Part shown: positions 8,406 to 17,928 of the stretch, piece after piece
How the letters are laid out: each line of letters starts with the position of its first letter
Position numbering within the stretch: the first letter of the stretch is position 1
Source of the DNA: Promethearchaeota archaeon
GTDB taxonomy: Archaea; Asgardarchaeota; Lokiarchaeia; Sigyniarchaeales; SOKP01
DNA length: 32,613 nt
Direction of reading: 5' to 3'
NCBI GenBank assembly: GCA_048938005.1
Contig: JBHLMQ010000035.1
Coordinates: forward strand, 1-32,613
Translations under genes and position numbers: made by a program
The notes under the pieces: generated by a model
What the model was told of the DNA's origin: nothing
Seen by the model: the letters and a program-made list of their open reading frames with translations, nothing else
Database searches by the model: none

Positions 8406-10064
8406 ATGTCAGAAGAAGGTACACAAGAAGAAAAACCAGTAGGCAGATTAACTGGTAAAACGACAACTCATACAGTAACAGTTTTATTTGAAGGTCCTTC
8501 AGTTGAAAGAAATAATTATTTAACTATTTATGGAGAAAAGGATGAAGAAGGGAAGAAGCCCCATTATGTACTTTACATAACCGATATGTGGACTGATGAG
8601 AAAGGACGTATGGCAAAGTTATCTGTATTAGGAGAAAGACCAAAAAGACCTTTTGAAATTGGTTCGGATGTCTTCATGGCAAAGGAAGAACAAATTTCAA
8701 AGATTTTAGGAATCTTCAATCCGCCAGAAGAATCTCTCTCTTTGGGAAAGCTTATCGGTTATCCTTATGAAGTTTATTTATTAATAAAAAATTTTGGCAG
8801 AATTTTCATTACCGGAAAATCTGGATCTGGAAAATCTTATACAATGGGAGTATTATGCGAGGAATTTCTTAAAAAGGGAATTCCAGTAGTAATATTGGAC
8901 AGACATGGAGAATATGGAGCTTTAAAGGTTGCTGGTGAAGATCTTCCGGAGGGTGAAAGTGAATTTGTGGATAGTATAATTGAATTTGCTGATTTAAAGA
9001 AAAATAAAGGCGGTGATGTTGATATTGAATACTTATTTTCATTAAAGCCTACGGATATTGTAGCGCCTAATCTTTGTACTGTAGTCAATTTGAATGGAAT
9101 GGCATTAGAAGTTCAAGAGGCTATAGCTGGCAAGTTACTAAAGAAACTTTATGATGCTAGCACAACAAGAAGTATATTTCCTTTCTACTTATTCTTAGAT
9201 GAAGCCCATTTATTTGCTGGAAAAAAACAGACAGAAACTTGTGAAGTAGTTAAATTATTTGCTCAAGAGGGAAGAAAATTCGGAGCTAATATAGTAATTG
9301 GAACGCAGCGTCCACAATTATTAGATACAACTATCAGAGCTCAAGCAGGTACTTGGGTTGTTCACAACCTTTCCGATATACGAGATATTGGAATAACAAT
9401 TTCCAGTGCTGAAGATTTAAGTAATGAAAATAAATCAGATATTTCTGGTTTAGATAAAGGGGAAGCTATACTCTGTGGGGAAGCTGTTAAGGGAATCCCT
9501 CTCTTTGTTAAGATAAGAAAGAGACGAACAAAGCATGGTGGAGTTAGTTTTAATCCGTTAGATTTCCTTTCAAAACAAACTGTAGAAGAATTACAGAAAC
9601 GAAAAGAAAGGCTTCTAGGAGGAAAATCTGCTGATGAATTAGAAACTGGTAAATCAATGTATGAGGAAATGTTGGAGCCAAAAAGAGCTGCTGATTATTT
9701 AGATGAAATTGCAGCATTAAAAGTTCGAATTCAAGAATTAGAAGATGAAGTATCCCGATTAAAACAAAAAGTTGCCGAAGTGAAAGAAGGGAAAGAAATT
9801 CCCCTTGTAGCAACTGATGAGGCTATAGAAGAATTACAGACCGAAATAAATGTATGGAAAGAAAAATATAATTTCTTGAAAGAGATGGCTGAGAAAGGTG
9901 GTGAAGATATTATACAGTTAGATGAAGATAGTGAAATGATATTAGATTTGAACAATAAAATAATCGAACTTGAAGCTCAGGTTAAAAAATATAAATCAAG
10001 GTCTGATGATGCACTAATATTAGCTGAAAAATCAATAGCAGAGTTAAAAAAGAGACGAAAATAA
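8406..10064 (+). CDS. HerA/FtsK-superfamily ATPase (DUF87-type) with N-terminal barrel-like region and C-terminal coiled coil
   Basis: Walker A GKSGSGKS, LDRHGEY, Walker B FLDEAH, EGRKFG and GTQRP; heptad-rich tail from about aa 430. Confidence 0.88.
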   Translation: MSEEGTQEEKPVGRLTGKTTTHTVTVLFEGPSVERNNYLTIYGEKDEEGKKPHYVLYITDMWTDEKGRMAKLSVLGERPKRPFEIGSDVFMAKEEQISKILGIFNPPEESLSLGKLIGYPYEVYLLIKNFGRIFITGKSGSGKSYTMGVLCEEFLKKGIPVVILDRHGEYGALKVAGEDLPEGESEFVDSIIEFADLKKNKGGDVDIEYLFSLKPTDIVAPNLCTVVNLNGMALEVQEAIAGKLLKKLYDASTTRSIFPFYLFLDEAHLFAGKKQTETCEVVKLFAQEGRKFGANIVIGTQRPQLLDTTIRAQAGTWVVHNLSDIRDIGITISSAEDLSNENKSDISGLDKGEAILCGEAVKGIPLFVKIRKRRTKHGGVSFNPLDFLSKQTVEELQKRKERLLGGKSADELETGKSMYEEMLEPKRAADYLDEIAALKVRIQELEDEVSRLKQKVAEVKEGKEIPLVATDEAIEELQTEINVWKEKYNFLKEMAEKGGEDIIQLDEDSEMILDLNNKIIELEAQVKKYKSRSDDALILAEKSIAELKKRRK

Positions 10065-10196
10065 TCAAAATTTGCTTTTTTTTTGGATAATGAATTTTTT
10101 CTAAATTTTTTTTTTAAATGAATAAAATTATTTGATTAATGAGTTTTAATTATCTCAAATTATTTATTTTCATAACTAATTTGAATTGTTTTAATC

Positions 10197-11276
10197 ATGA
10201 AAAGTGAAACATTAAATATTGAAAGTATTAAGAAATTACAACAAGAATTAGCTTCTTTGCTTGGTGTATCAGGACATGAAGAAGAAGTGAGAAATTTTAT
10301 TATTGAAGAAATCGAAAATCGAAATTTAGCAGATAAGTCATATATAGATCAGCTTGGAAATGTTTTAGCTATAAAAAAAGGAACAAATGAACAAAATAGG
10401 ATTTTATTAGATGCTCATATTGACGAAATTGGCTTTATGATTTCTCACATTGATAAGAAAGGGTTTTTACGATTCGTATCAATTGGTGGTTGGGACAGTA
10501 GAATTCTTTTAGGACAATCCGTTATCCTGAAATCCAGTAATGGTAAGTTATTCAATGGAATTATAGGGGCAAAACCCCCTCATATTACTTCAATTGAAGA
10601 ACGAAAGAAAGTCATTGATATATCTAAAATGTATATTGATATAGGTATGATTTCTGAGGAGGAAGTTCTTGATAGTAAGATAAATATAGGAACAGTGGGC
10701 ACTCTTTACAGTCCTTTCGTTGAATTACCTAATGGAATGGTTCGTGGTAAAGCTTTTGATGATCGTACTGGATGTAACGTTCTTCTCCACGCATTAATGC
10801 TTTTAAAAGAAAAAGAACACTCTGACACAGTACTATTTAATTTTGCGGTACAAGAAGAGGTTGGTGGACAGGGAGCAATAATTGGTACTTATAAATTGGA
10901 GCCAACAATGGCTCTTGCGATTGAAAACACAACGGCAGCTGATGTTCCTGGAATAGAGGAAGATAAAATTCCAGCATATATTGGAAAAGGACCTGCGATT
11001 ACAGTTGCGGATAAATCAATAATTTCAAATCCAAAAATCAACGAGAGGTTAATAAAAAATGCTGAAGATCAAAAAATTCAATATCAATTTAAAAAACCCA
11101 AGTATGGTGGGACCGATGCTGGTAAGATTCAGATATCACGTGGAGGGGTGCCAAGTTCAGTAGTATCTGTTCCATGTAGATATATTCATTCACCAAATTG
11201 CTTATTAAAACTTGAAGATATTTATCACACCATCCGATTAGTCGAAGCCTTTATACGAAATCCCGCAAATATATAA
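10197..11276 (+). CDS. M42 family aminopeptidase (TET/FrvX-like)
   Basis: GVSGHE, DAHIDEIG, KAFDDRTG, QEEVG, GGTDAG and RYIHSP. Confidence 0.93.
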   Translation: MKSETLNIESIKKLQQELASLLGVSGHEEEVRNFIIEEIENRNLADKSYIDQLGNVLAIKKGTNEQNRILLDAHIDEIGFMISHIDKKGFLRFVSIGGWDSRILLGQSVILKSSNGKLFNGIIGAKPPHITSIEERKKVIDISKMYIDIGMISEEEVLDSKINIGTVGTLYSPFVELPNGMVRGKAFDDRTGCNVLLHALMLLKEKEHSDTVLFNFAVQEEVGGQGAIIGTYKLEPTMALAIENTTAADVPGIEEDKIPAYIGKGPAITVADKSIISNPKINERLIKNAEDQKIQYQFKKPKYGGTDAGKIQISRGGVPSSVVSVPCRYIHSPNCLLKLEDIYHTIRLVEAFIRNPANI

Positions 11277-12758
11277 TCATTTTTCGAGAAATATATCTTC
11301 TTCTGAGATTTCATGACTTATAACCGGCTTAGTGATAAATTTTTTCTCTAATTTAATTTTTTTAAGAAAGAATAAACTAAGTAAGTAAAATATTCCCATT
11401 GAAGATAATGTAATGATAATTATTGTTGAGTTCTCAGCATTAGATCCTGTAAGAATTAGTCCTATTATTAAAGAAGCTAGTGATTGACCCGCTGCTATAA
11501 TGAAAGAACTTAAGCCAAAATAGGCTCCAGAAATATTTGAAACAGTTTCATCGAAATCTGTATCTTCTACTTTATCAGCAGCTTCATAAACTAAAACACT
11601 TGCTAAAGGGGGATCAAATAATCCTAATCCATACATTGAGCCTAAGATTGTACCCATAGTAAGTATGAATAAAATTAATTCAAATTCAATAGAAAGGAAT
11701 TCGATTAAAAACAATAATTCTAAAAAACAAGCAATAATAGAAGCTATAATACACACTTTATATGTTTTAAGTATTGAATTTTTTTTAAGTAATCTTCGCC
11801 AAATATAGAACCCTAATATCTTACTTAGAATTGAGACTCCTACATAAATATAAAATTTACTCCCAGTAAATATAAGTGTATAAGTTAGAAATGGAATCAC
11901 AATTACGCCTAATATTCTACCTGATATACTATTAAAGAACCTTACTGCTAGGTGTTTTCTGTATTTTTTATCCCGTAATGGTTCCCTCATTTGATGATAA
12001 AAAGTTCTTAAGGAAGTTCTTTTCTGTCTAATTTTTAGAGTTGGAGATTTATGGAAACTTTCATCGACTGAAAAAAATGTTATTATAATACTGAATAAAG
12101 CAAAAAGGGTAAAACCTGCCCCTATCCAAGGCATGTAAAAAAGGATCAATTGTCCTGAATGCTCCCACCATTTTACATTTTCGGGTTCCGGCAATATACT
12201 TTCAACAATTAGAGGTAGCATTAAAGCGAGTATTGAAGCAATAATTTGAAAAAATGTTGTAACTGCCGCAATTTTTTCTCTATTTTCATGAGTTTGTGAT
12301 TGTTCTGTTAGCATAGAGAGATGAACTGTTATTATCGATGATCCTGCTATTGATTTAATTATTAAAATGCTCCATAAGAAAACTGCTGTAGGTAAATATA
12401 ATGAATTATCTTGAGGACATTTAGGCGGCAACCAGATGATAATACTGGTTAAAATCCAAATGGGTAGACCATAAAAAAGAAAAGGTCGGCGTTTTCCAAA
12501 TTTTCCCGGCTTTTTATTGTCAGCAAGAATTCCAAAAACAATCGAGAAAATGGCAAAAATTATCAGTTGCAGGGAAATTCCCACTGACGTTAATACTGAG
12601 TCAAGATTAATTGTATAAACATAATATTGGAAGATAAAAACGCCAATGAACATATTGGTCATAATCATCCCGAAATTGCCAAGAGCATATCCAATAAGAC
12701 GTTTTCCATGTAATTCGCGTGGCGCCCCAACCATGATAATATAATTAATATATTTCAA
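11277..12758 (-). CDS. MFS transporter, glycoside-pentoside-hexuronide (MelB-like) type; start may be the ATG at 12734
   Basis: About 12 TM segments; GILADNKKPGKFGKRRPF loop; SGAYFG. Confidence 0.87.
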   Translation of the reverse strand: MKYINYIIMVGAPRELHGKRLIGYALGNFGMIMTNMFIGVFIFQYYVYTINLDSVLTSVGISLQLIIFAIFSIVFGILADNKKPGKFGKRRPFLFYGLPIWILTSIIIWLPPKCPQDNSLYLPTAVFLWSILIIKSIAGSSIITVHLSMLTEQSQTHENREKIAAVTTFFQIIASILALMLPLIVESILPEPENVKWWEHSGQLILFYMPWIGAGFTLFALFSIIITFFSVDESFHKSPTLKIRQKRTSLRTFYHQMREPLRDKKYRKHLAVRFFNSISGRILGVIVIPFLTYTLIFTGSKFYIYVGVSILSKILGFYIWRRLLKKNSILKTYKVCIIASIIACFLELLFLIEFLSIEFELILFILTMGTILGSMYGLGLFDPPLASVLVYEAADKVEDTDFDETVSNISGAYFGLSSFIIAAGQSLASLIIGLILTGSNAENSTIIIITLSSMGIFYLLSLFFLKKIKLEKKFITKPVISHEISEEDIFLEK

Positions 12759-12892
12759 ATTAACTTTTTTATTTCGAAATAAGAAGGTCTTTAATTCTAT
12801 TTCTATAAACTATTCATTTCAAAAAAATAAACATTAATAAGTTATAAAATCAAATTATTCAACTATTAAAATTTCATTAAAGCAATTTAACC

Positions 12893-14590
12893 TTGGCAAA
12901 GATGAAAAAAATTGATTTAACGAAAAAAAGAATAATTCTGTTGTGTTTATTTTTAACCCTTTTCATAATAGGAACAATTCTCATTTTTATAATACCAATA
13001 GGTGTAAAAGCCACATATAATCAAATTGTTCAAACTTCTGACGGGGTTACAATTTCTTTTAATGTTTTTGAGCCAAATACAGATGGATTGAATAAAAAAG
13101 CGATTATTATAGGACACGGAGTGATGTCAAATAAAGAGATGATGAAAGGCTATGCAATTGAATTTGCAGCTGCAGGGTTTGTCGCTATTCCTTTTGATTT
13201 TAGAGGACATGGACAGAGTACTGGCGACCATAGATCAGGATCATTAATAAACGACATACAAGCAATTATTTCTTATTTAGGATCAAGACCAGATATTGAT
13301 TCATCGAATCTTGGATATCTTGGTTATTCGATGGGGGGTGTAGGAATAGGAGTAGTCAATGAATCTACTAATTTCAAATGTTTTATAGGTGCTGGAACTC
13401 AGTTGCCAAAAAACCTTCGAAAGGGAAATTCTAGTGCGCCTTTAAATATTTTAATGATTCTTGGAAGATATGATGAAATAATAACATCAGATGATCTAAA
13501 ACAGGGATTATCTAATTATACAGGAATTCCCGCAACAGATCTTGATGTTAATAAATTATATGGGAGTTTTCAAGATGGGAATGCTTCTATGATATACTTA
13601 GATGATCTTTCTAACCATGTATTAGGTATTTGGGATCCAGACTTCATAAGAGAGTCTCGTGATTTTATTGCAAGTACATTTCCAGATGTAAGACCGGTTG
13701 ATGAGAATTTTGTCACAAATACGAGATTATTTATCCTCTCTCTGCAGCTATTTGGAGGATTTGGATTTTTTGTTCTTATAATCGATCCTCTTTCAAAATT
13801 AATATTAAAATCAAGAGAAGAAGAATTTTTCAAGCTGGATTTGGATGACAATAGTGCAATTAATATAGGAGGGAAGATAGTAGCAACTTCTTTGATACTT
13901 GGATTACCAGGAATAATTATTTTTATTCCAATTTTGTTAATATTATTTTTAGCGATTGCAGGATTTATTTCTGCATTATTATTCGGTCAAGCTTTTGCAA
14001 TTCTAATGTTACTCTGGCGAATAGGTAAAAAGAGAAATGTAGGATTAAAAGAAATAATAGAGAAACCATTTAAAACTTCAAGAAATAACATTCTTAGACA
14101 ATTTTTATTAGGCGCTATTTTAGCAGTAATACTAACTATTATAATTTATGTCTCCGGTGGATTAAATTATTTAGGTATGATTCCTTCATTGGTCAAAATT
14201 CCTTGGGTGCCATTATTTTTATTTATAAATTTCATTATATTCATGATATATGGGCTATTGTTTCATGGGATTTTCCAAAACAAATTTGAAAAAGGATTCA
14301 AACCACTAGTGAAAGCTTCATTAGCAATATTTGGATTTTTATTTCTGTACTGGTTTACATTTCTTTTTATCTTTTCACTTATTATGAGGAGTTTTTTTTA
14401 CTTTGGAAATTTCATACCCTTTGCGATACCATTATTTTTGATAAATTGTTTTCTGTCAACATTAATATATCAGAAAAGTGGAAATATAATTGCGGGAGCT
14501 CTCGTTAATACATTATTTTTTACATTACTAATTTGTACGATATCACCATATCAAAGTGGATTAGGTTTCATTTTAGGCTTTTTTCACTAA
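12893..14590 (+). CDS. Membrane-anchored alpha/beta hydrolase with a C-terminal multi-pass membrane domain
   Basis: N-terminal TM; GHG oxyanion motif, FDFRGHGQS, nucleophile GYSMG, GRYDE and SNH; about 8 TM segments after aa 275. Confidence 0.85.
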   Translation: MAKMKKIDLTKKRIILLCLFLTLFIIGTILIFIIPIGVKATYNQIVQTSDGVTISFNVFEPNTDGLNKKAIIIGHGVMSNKEMMKGYAIEFAAAGFVAIPFDFRGHGQSTGDHRSGSLINDIQAIISYLGSRPDIDSSNLGYLGYSMGGVGIGVVNESTNFKCFIGAGTQLPKNLRKGNSSAPLNILMILGRYDEIITSDDLKQGLSNYTGIPATDLDVNKLYGSFQDGNASMIYLDDLSNHVLGIWDPDFIRESRDFIASTFPDVRPVDENFVTNTRLFILSLQLFGGFGFFVLIIDPLSKLILKSREEEFFKLDLDDNSAINIGGKIVATSLILGLPGIIIFIPILLILFLAIAGFISALLFGQAFAILMLLWRIGKKRNVGLKEIIEKPFKTSRNNILRQFLLGAILAVILTIIIYVSGGLNYLGMIPSLVKIPWVPLFLFINFIIFMIYGLLFHGIFQNKFEKGFKPLVKASLAIFGFLFLYWFTFLFIFSLIMRSFFYFGNFIPFAIPLFLINCFLSTLIYQKSGNIIAGALVNTLFFTLLICTISPYQSGLGFILGFFH

Positions 14591-14692
14591 TAAAATTTAA
14601 ATTCCCTCTTTTTTTGATGTTATTAAATATTAAAAAAAGTACCAATAATAAACAATTAAAAATTTTAAATTATAGTATAACTTATTTTTTCA

Positions 14693-15733
14693 ATGATGTC
14701 CCAAGACCAAATCCTTTGTGTAACTTATTTTGATCAAGTTATTGGCCCTAACACATTATATTCTAGTAAACCGTTGTCAGAAATTTCAGATACACCAGAT
14801 GTAAATAGAATCCTCGAATTTAACGATGAGGAAGGCACATTCATTTTTGCTTACAGAAAATTTCAAACAGTTAATCATATTTTTTATATAGATTCTGAGT
14901 TAGCCCGAGGTGGAAAGGAATTATTGATGATTACTTATATGATCAAAACAGCAATTTTTAAGGATGAAATCGTGGATGTATTTAAATATCTAGACTCAAA
15001 AACACCAGTTTTAGAAGATTTTGCTTTAGAGATAAAGAAATTAGAGGAAATTTCGTCATTATTACATCTAAAGAAAAGCAGCCAATCAGATGAGTATGTA
15101 ATAGATTTAGCCGATGAAGAACTAAAAATCCGTTTCTTGGATATTTTCAATAGATATTTTCAAAAATTATCCCCTAAATACAAATTAGAAACCCCAATAA
15201 GGGATAAACGATTAATAAAAAAAGTTTTTATAATCGGGGCTCCGAGAGTTGGAAAGACAACATTTTTAAAGAACATAGAATTAATTCAATTCCTAAATGT
15301 CAAAAAAAATGACTTACCAACAAGGATCTATGAAGTAGTTATTGAAAATCTTGAGATTTTAAAATATGATGAAGGTATAAGCGAATTTGAGTGTAAAGAA
15401 TTTGAAACTTTAGAAAATTGTGTGAATATCTCTCAAGGTTTTATTCTTCTCTTTAATTTATCAGATAAAAACTCACTTATTAGAACCAAAGAAATTTTTC
15501 AAATTGTTGATAATACGCGCTTAGAATTGGAAACTGAATTAGCTCCAATATTATTAATTGGAAACAAATTTTATGATAAAGAAGACATAGAGCCAGAATT
15601 TGTCTATGCAACTTTCGAAGTAGAAGAATTGAAGGAGCTCGGTATTAAAATTAAATATTTTCCTATAAATATTTTGAAGGAAGATGAAAAAGTAATGGAA
15701 GCATTACGATGGTTAATAAAAAACATAATTTAA
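14693..15733 (+). CDS. Longin/uDENN (folliculin-like) domain fused to a divergent Ras-like small GTPase domain
   Basis: N-terminal YFDQVIGPNTLY and HIFYIDSELARG; P-loop GAPRVGKT (aa 182-189), GFILLFNLSD and PILLIGNKFYD. Confidence 0.75.
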   Translation: MMSQDQILCVTYFDQVIGPNTLYSSKPLSEISDTPDVNRILEFNDEEGTFIFAYRKFQTVNHIFYIDSELARGGKELLMITYMIKTAIFKDEIVDVFKYLDSKTPVLEDFALEIKKLEEISSLLHLKKSSQSDEYVIDLADEELKIRFLDIFNRYFQKLSPKYKLETPIRDKRLIKKVFIIGAPRVGKTTFLKNIELIQFLNVKKNDLPTRIYEVVIENLEILKYDEGISEFECKEFETLENCVNISQGFILLFNLSDKNSLIRTKEIFQIVDNTRLELETELAPILLIGNKFYDKEDIEPEFVYATFEVEELKELGIKIKYFPINILKEDEKVMEALRWLIKNII

Positions 15734-15871
15734 TATTTTTTTTAGAAAAAAGGTTTCTTAAAAACATCTCATTGTTAGATTCCCTATCCAACAAATCTTT
15801 TAAATTATTATTAATATAATAACTAAAAACAGTAAAGCATTCAATCTTTAACGACTAACAAAACTAGAAAA

Positions 15872-16222
15872 ATGGCATTGAAAGGTATCACATGGGGAAT
15901 TGTATTCTTATTAACTGCAGCTATTTATGCCTCAATCCCTACGTACTTGATAGTAAGGTATTGGGTGTGGTTAAACAGTTTTCCAGTCTATACATTATCG
16001 TTATTTACGTTGTTTTTATGGATTGTTGCAATAATAATTGTTCTAATATATATTGTAGCCATGATCCGGGCCTTCATTCAAAGGAATAATCAAGAAGGTC
16101 TAGGTATTCCTAAAGGGGTAAAGGGTTTCGGATTAATATCAACTGTAGTTGTACTTGTATTTATGCTAATTTGGTATTTAATATTTGGACAAATAGCTTT
16201 TTTCTCAATGGCCCCCCCTTGA
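15872..16222 (+). CDS. Small 3-TM membrane protein of unknown function
   Basis: 116 aa with three hydrophobic helices; fills the intergenic space. Confidence 0.7.
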   Translation: MALKGITWGIVFLLTAAIYASIPTYLIVRYWVWLNSFPVYTLSLFTLFLWIVAIIIVLIYIVAMIRAFIQRNNQEGLGIPKGVKGFGLISTVVVLVFMLIWYLIFGQIAFFSMAPP

Positions 16223-16259
16223 AAAATTAAGAAAATGCATACATTAGTGTCTTAAAAAT

Positions 16260-16622
16260 CTAATTAATAGAAATTGGATATGTTCCATATTTTTTTAATG
16301 TCTCATTCATTGCTAAATAATTATGCAATTTAACAGAGGGATTAATACTATGTCCAGAACTTAGAATAAATCCTCCTCCAGGAGCGAGTTTTTTAATGAG
16401 TTTTTTGGTATAGGTTTCAATAAAATTTGAACTTTTATCCGCAAGATCCTGAGGAGAAACATTACCAATAAAACATATTTTATCAGCAAATTTTTCATAT
16501 AATTCAAAAATATTATATTTTAGGTTCGTAGTTGTAGGCTCAATAGGATGAATTCCGTCTACACCTAAATTAATAATACTTTCAAATAATTGAAAAATAT
16601 CTCCACAACTATGTAATAGCAC
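16260..16622 (-). pseudogene. C-terminal fragment of a uroporphyrinogen decarboxylase / MtaA-CmuA methyltransferase family protein
   Basis: LLHSCG, GVDGIHPIEP, CFIGNV and GGGFILSSGHSI; only 120 aa, with an in-frame TGA 10 codons upstream of the GTG and no room for the N-terminal part. Confidence 0.7.
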
Positions 16623-16667
16623 TTTTAAGCCTCCTTTATTCTTTGGAATTCATAATTTATTTTTTCA

Positions 16668-17870
16668 TTAAGTTAATATTTTCAATAATTTGATAAAAAT
16701 ACCAGGATGTTTTAAAATAAATTTAATTAAAAACGGAAAAACTAATGGATTTTTTAATAACTTAAATATTACAATTTTAGGGAAATCCATATCCCCATAT
16801 AAAGAGATTAAATGTTCAATTTTACTTGTTTTAATTATTTGAAATAATTTTTCAAAATCTCTATTACTAAATTTTTCTAAAAACGCTCGAATTAAATAAT
16901 GAATTTTTAATTCTTTTCCAATAGTAGATATATATGGAGCTTCATAGTATTTTTTAATGAATCTCCTTGAAAAGTTGTTATATTTAAAACATTTTTGAAT
17001 ACAGATTGCCGCAAATTTAGCAGCTGTTAAAAGCATTATAATGCCACCACCTGTCGTAGCTTTAACTTGACAGGCAGAATCTCCTACCAATAAAACATTT
17101 TCAAAAGCAATTTTTTTCATTAATCCATATGGAATAAGTCCTCCTTGTTGGTCTATTTTATTTTGCATCTCTAAATTAAATTTTTTAAGAAAATGACGAA
17201 AATTTCTTGCTAAATTTTTTAAACAAGCCATACCAATCCGATAAATTTGATTTCCTTCAGGAACAATCCATCCAAATAATTCTTTCCATTGTGGGCTGAA
17301 ATACATTACTGCTTCATTTACGGGAAAACCGGACTCAATACGGATTTGTATAGCAAATAAATTTTTGTTAATTATACCAAAAGATTTAGCTACTAGTGAT
17401 AAAGGACCATCGCATCCTACTAATATTTTTGCTTTTAATTTTCTTTTTGAAGTTTCAATTAACACATGTTTTTGTATCCCTTCTTTAACATACTTAAAGG
17501 TTTTGAACTTCTCTCCAAAGACATAAGTTATATTCTTGTTTAGTTTTACCTTTTCATAAAATAAACGGTCCAAACCAATTCGATTTATTATATAAGGTTG
17601 TTCATTATCGGATAATTTAATATATTTTCCTGAGGGTGCAATAATTTTAGCTGTTTCCACACGATTTAAGATAAGTTCTTGAGGTAAATCAATTAATTTA
17701 CTTAATTTTTGCGAAACAATACCAGCACATTGGAGAGGGAGACCTATTTCTTTATGTTCTTCAATAACTATTATTTTTAAATTTGTTTTTGATAATAAAT
17801 AACATAAATAATTACCAGCAATGCTTCCACCAACAATACACACATCAAAAGTAGCTAAATCTCTATCCAT
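16668..17870 (-). CDS. Geranylgeranyl reductase family FAD-dependent oxidoreductase (DGGR-like)
   Basis: FDVCIVGGSIAG, IGLPLQCAG, VGCDG, FGWIVP and LVGDSACQVKATTGGGI. Confidence 0.88.
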   Translation of the reverse strand: MDRDLATFDVCIVGGSIAGNYLCYLLSKTNLKIIVIEEHKEIGLPLQCAGIVSQKLSKLIDLPQELILNRVETAKIIAPSGKYIKLSDNEQPYIINRIGLDRLFYEKVKLNKNITYVFGEKFKTFKYVKEGIQKHVLIETSKRKLKAKILVGCDGPLSLVAKSFGIINKNLFAIQIRIESGFPVNEAVMYFSPQWKELFGWIVPEGNQIYRIGMACLKNLARNFRHFLKKFNLEMQNKIDQQGGLIPYGLMKKIAFENVLLVGDSACQVKATTGGGIIMLLTAAKFAAICIQKCFKYNNFSRRFIKKYYEAPYISTIGKELKIHYLIRAFLEKFSNRDFEKLFQIIKTSKIEHLISLYGDMDFPKIVIFKLLKNPLVFPFLIKFILKHPGIFIKLLKILT

Positions 17871-17928
17871 TATAAAATTTAATGATAATAATCAATTAGA
17901 AGTTTATGGAAGGAATGTTAAAAATTTT

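Noticed and set aside
8406-11276. HerA-based anti-phage system
   Set aside because: The neighbours (C_GCAxxG_C_C protein, M42 peptidase) are not Sir2 or nuclease partners, and there is no defence-island context.
11270-11283. Stop codons of the convergent M42 and MFS genes abut with a 0-bp gap
   Set aside because: Common in compact prokaryotic genomes; no further signal.
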